Part shown: positions 62,101 through 64,000 of the stretch, in pieces
Layout: each line of letters starts with the position of its first letter
How positions within the stretch are numbered: position 1 is the stretch's first letter
Assembly (NCBI GenBank): GCA_964016885.1
Contig: OZ024749.1
Coordinates: 19,530,001 to 19,594,000 of the forward strand
Direction of reading: 5' to 3'
DNA length: 64,000 nucleotides
From: Eledone cirrhosa
Lineage: Eukaryota
Translations under genes and position numbers: made by a program
The notes under the pieces: model-generated
What the model saw: the letters and a program-made list of their open reading frames with translations, nothing else
Told to the model about the DNA's origin: nothing
Database searches by the model: none

Positions 62101-64000
62101 ACTGTTAATGACTGTATTTACACTATCTATACACTGTTAATGACTGTATTTACAGTATCTATACACTGTTAATAACTGTATTTACACTATCTATACACTG
62201 TTAATAACTGTATTTACACTATCTATACACTGTTAATGACTGTATTTACACTATCTATACATTGTTAATGACTGTATTTACACTATCTATACACTGTTAA
62301 TGTCTGTATTTACACTATTTATACACTGTTAATAACTGTATTTACACTATCTATACACTGTTAATGACTGTATTTACACTATCTATACACTGTTAATGAC
62401 TGTATTTACACTATCTATACACTGTTAATGACTGTATTTACACTATCTATACACTGTTAATGACTGTATTTACATTATCTATACACTGTTAATGACTGTA
62501 TTTACACTATCTATACACTGTTAATGACTGTATTTACACTATCTATACATTGTTAATGACTGTATTTACACTATCTATACACTGTTAATGACTGTATTTA
62601 CACTATCTATACACTGTTAATGACTGTATTTACACTATCTATACACCGTTAATGACTGTATTTACATTATCTATACACTGTTAATGACTGTATTTACACT
62701 ATCTATACACCGTTAATGACTGTATTTACATTATCTATACACTGTTAATGACTGTATTTACACTATCTATACACTGTAAATAACTGTATTTACACTATCT
62801 ATACATTGTTAATAACTGTATTTACACTATCTATACACTGTTAATGACTGTATTTACACTATCTATGCACTGTTAATGACTGTATTTACACTATCTATAC
62901 ACTGTTAATGACTGTATTTACACTATCTATACATTGTTAATGACTGTATTTACACTATCTATACACTGTTAATAACTGTATTTACACTATCTATACACTG
63001 TTAATGACTGTATTTACACTATCTATACATTGTTAATGACTGTATTTATACTATCTATACATTGTTAATGACTGTATTTACACTATCTATACACTGTTAA
63101 TGACTGTATTTACACTATCCATACATTGTTAATGACTGTATTTACACTATCTATACACTGTTAATGACTGTATTTACACTATTTATATACTGTTAATAAC
63201 TGTATTTACACTATCTATACACTGTTAATGACTGTATTTACACTATCTATACACTGTTAATGACTGTATTTACACTATCTATACACTGTTAATAACTGTA
63301 TTTACACTATCTATACATTGTTAATGACTGTATTTACACTATCTATACACTGTTAATGACTGTATTTACACTATCTATACACTGTTAATAACTGTATTTA
63401 CACTATCTATACACTGTTAATGACTGTATTTACACTATCTATACATTGTTAATGACTGTATTTACACTATCTATACACTGTTAATGTCTGTATTTACACT
63501 ATTTATACACTGTTAATAACTGTATTTACACTATCTATACACTGTTAATGACTGTATTTACACTATCTATACACTGTTAATGACTGTATTTACACTATCT
63601 ATACACTGTTAATGACTGTATTTACAATATCTATACACTGTTAATGACTGTATTTACACTATCTATACATTGTTAATGACTGTATTTACACTATCTATAC
63701 ACTGTTAATGACTGTATTTACACTATCTATACACTGTTAATGACTGTATTTACACTATCTATACATTGTTAATGACTGTATTTACACTATCTATACACTA
63801 TTAATGACTGTATTTACACTATCTATACACTGTTAATGACTGTATTTACGCTATCTATACACTGTTAATGACTGTATTTACACTATCTATACACTGTTAA
63901 TGACTGTATTTACACTATCTATACACTGTTAATGACTGTATTTACACTATCTATACACTGTTAATGACTGTATTTACACTATCTATACATTGTTAATGAC

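Larger units (their letters stand above)
1..64000. repeat. Satellite/minisatellite tandem array, 32-bp monomer TATACACTGTTAATGACTGTATTTACACTATC, ~2,000 copies, truncated at both window edges
   Basis: Bases 1-32 recur head-to-tail from position 33 through to the end of the window. Most monomers match the consensus or differ by 1-2 substitutions (commonest: AATGAC>AATAAC, CACTG>CATTG, CACTG>CACCG, CACTATC>CATTATC). No non-repeat insert or orientation switch seen. Confidence 0.99.
39400..64000. repeat. Large block duplication: ~39.4-49.7 kb recurs at ~54.1-64.0 kb (offset 14.7 falling to 14.2 kb; second copy truncated by the window)
   Basis: TATTGACT 39551/54263 and 41661/56373 (14712), ACAGTATC 43199/57912 (14713), doublet 45711/60168 and TCTATTG 46411/60868 (14457), ACAGTATC 47951/62152 (14201). 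The offsets step by 256 bp, i.e. 8 monomers. Confidence 0.83.

Noticed and set aside
1-64000. CRISPR array (32-bp repeat length is CRISPR-like)
   Set aside because: Repeats abut directly with no unique spacers, leader or cas genes.
1-64000. Repetitive protein-coding ORF
   Set aside because: The plus strand has TAA-TGA in each monomer and 32 is not a multiple of 3, so consensus sequence closes every frame within 96 bp. The minus strand (GATAGTGTAAATACAGTCATTAACAGTGTATA) has several TAG/TAA per monomer.
1-64000. Telomerase-type telomeric repeat
   Set aside because: No G-run-containing strand, and variants propagate in multi-kb blocks, which fits recombination/duplication rather than templated addition.
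1-64000. Variant pattern as an encoded message or programmed diversification system
   Set aside because: Recurring variant strings are explained by block duplication. No template region, enzyme gene or base-specific targeted mutagenesis is visible.
1-64000. Assignment to a named satellite family, organism or centromere
   Set aside because: I do not recognise the monomer with confidence; this needs a Dfam/Repbase/BLAST search and cytological or ChIP data.
1-64000. Inversion or embedded transposon within the array
   Set aside because: No run of the reverse-complement monomer and no non-repeat insert was seen on reading through; a very short insert could have been missed by eye.

Overview
The whole 64,000-bp window is one uninterrupted, single-orientation tandem array of an AT-rich (9/32 = 28% GC) 32-bp monomer, consensus TATACACTGTTAATGACTGTATTTACACTATC. 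There are about 2,000 copies and the array runs off both ends. I see no gene, RNA gene, mobile element or CRISPR array: stop codons recur on both strands every monomer and there are no spacers. It most likely is eukaryotic satellite/minisatellite DNA, but I cannot name the family or organism. The information lies in its internal structure: (i) the monomer is a diverged trimer of a 10-11-bp unit; (ii) rare variant monomers act as barcodes revealing nested, in-register block duplications of about 0.43, 2.2, 2.65, 3.17, 3.9, 4.5, 7.55 and 14.2-14.7 kb rather than one fixed higher-order repeat; (iii) a 21-bp deletion monomer occurs only as a doublet and only after 17.7 kb; (iv) variant content defines regional domains. 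Block coordinates were derived by eye from shared variants, so boundaries are approximate (about 100 bp). I found no evidence of a new protein-coding system.
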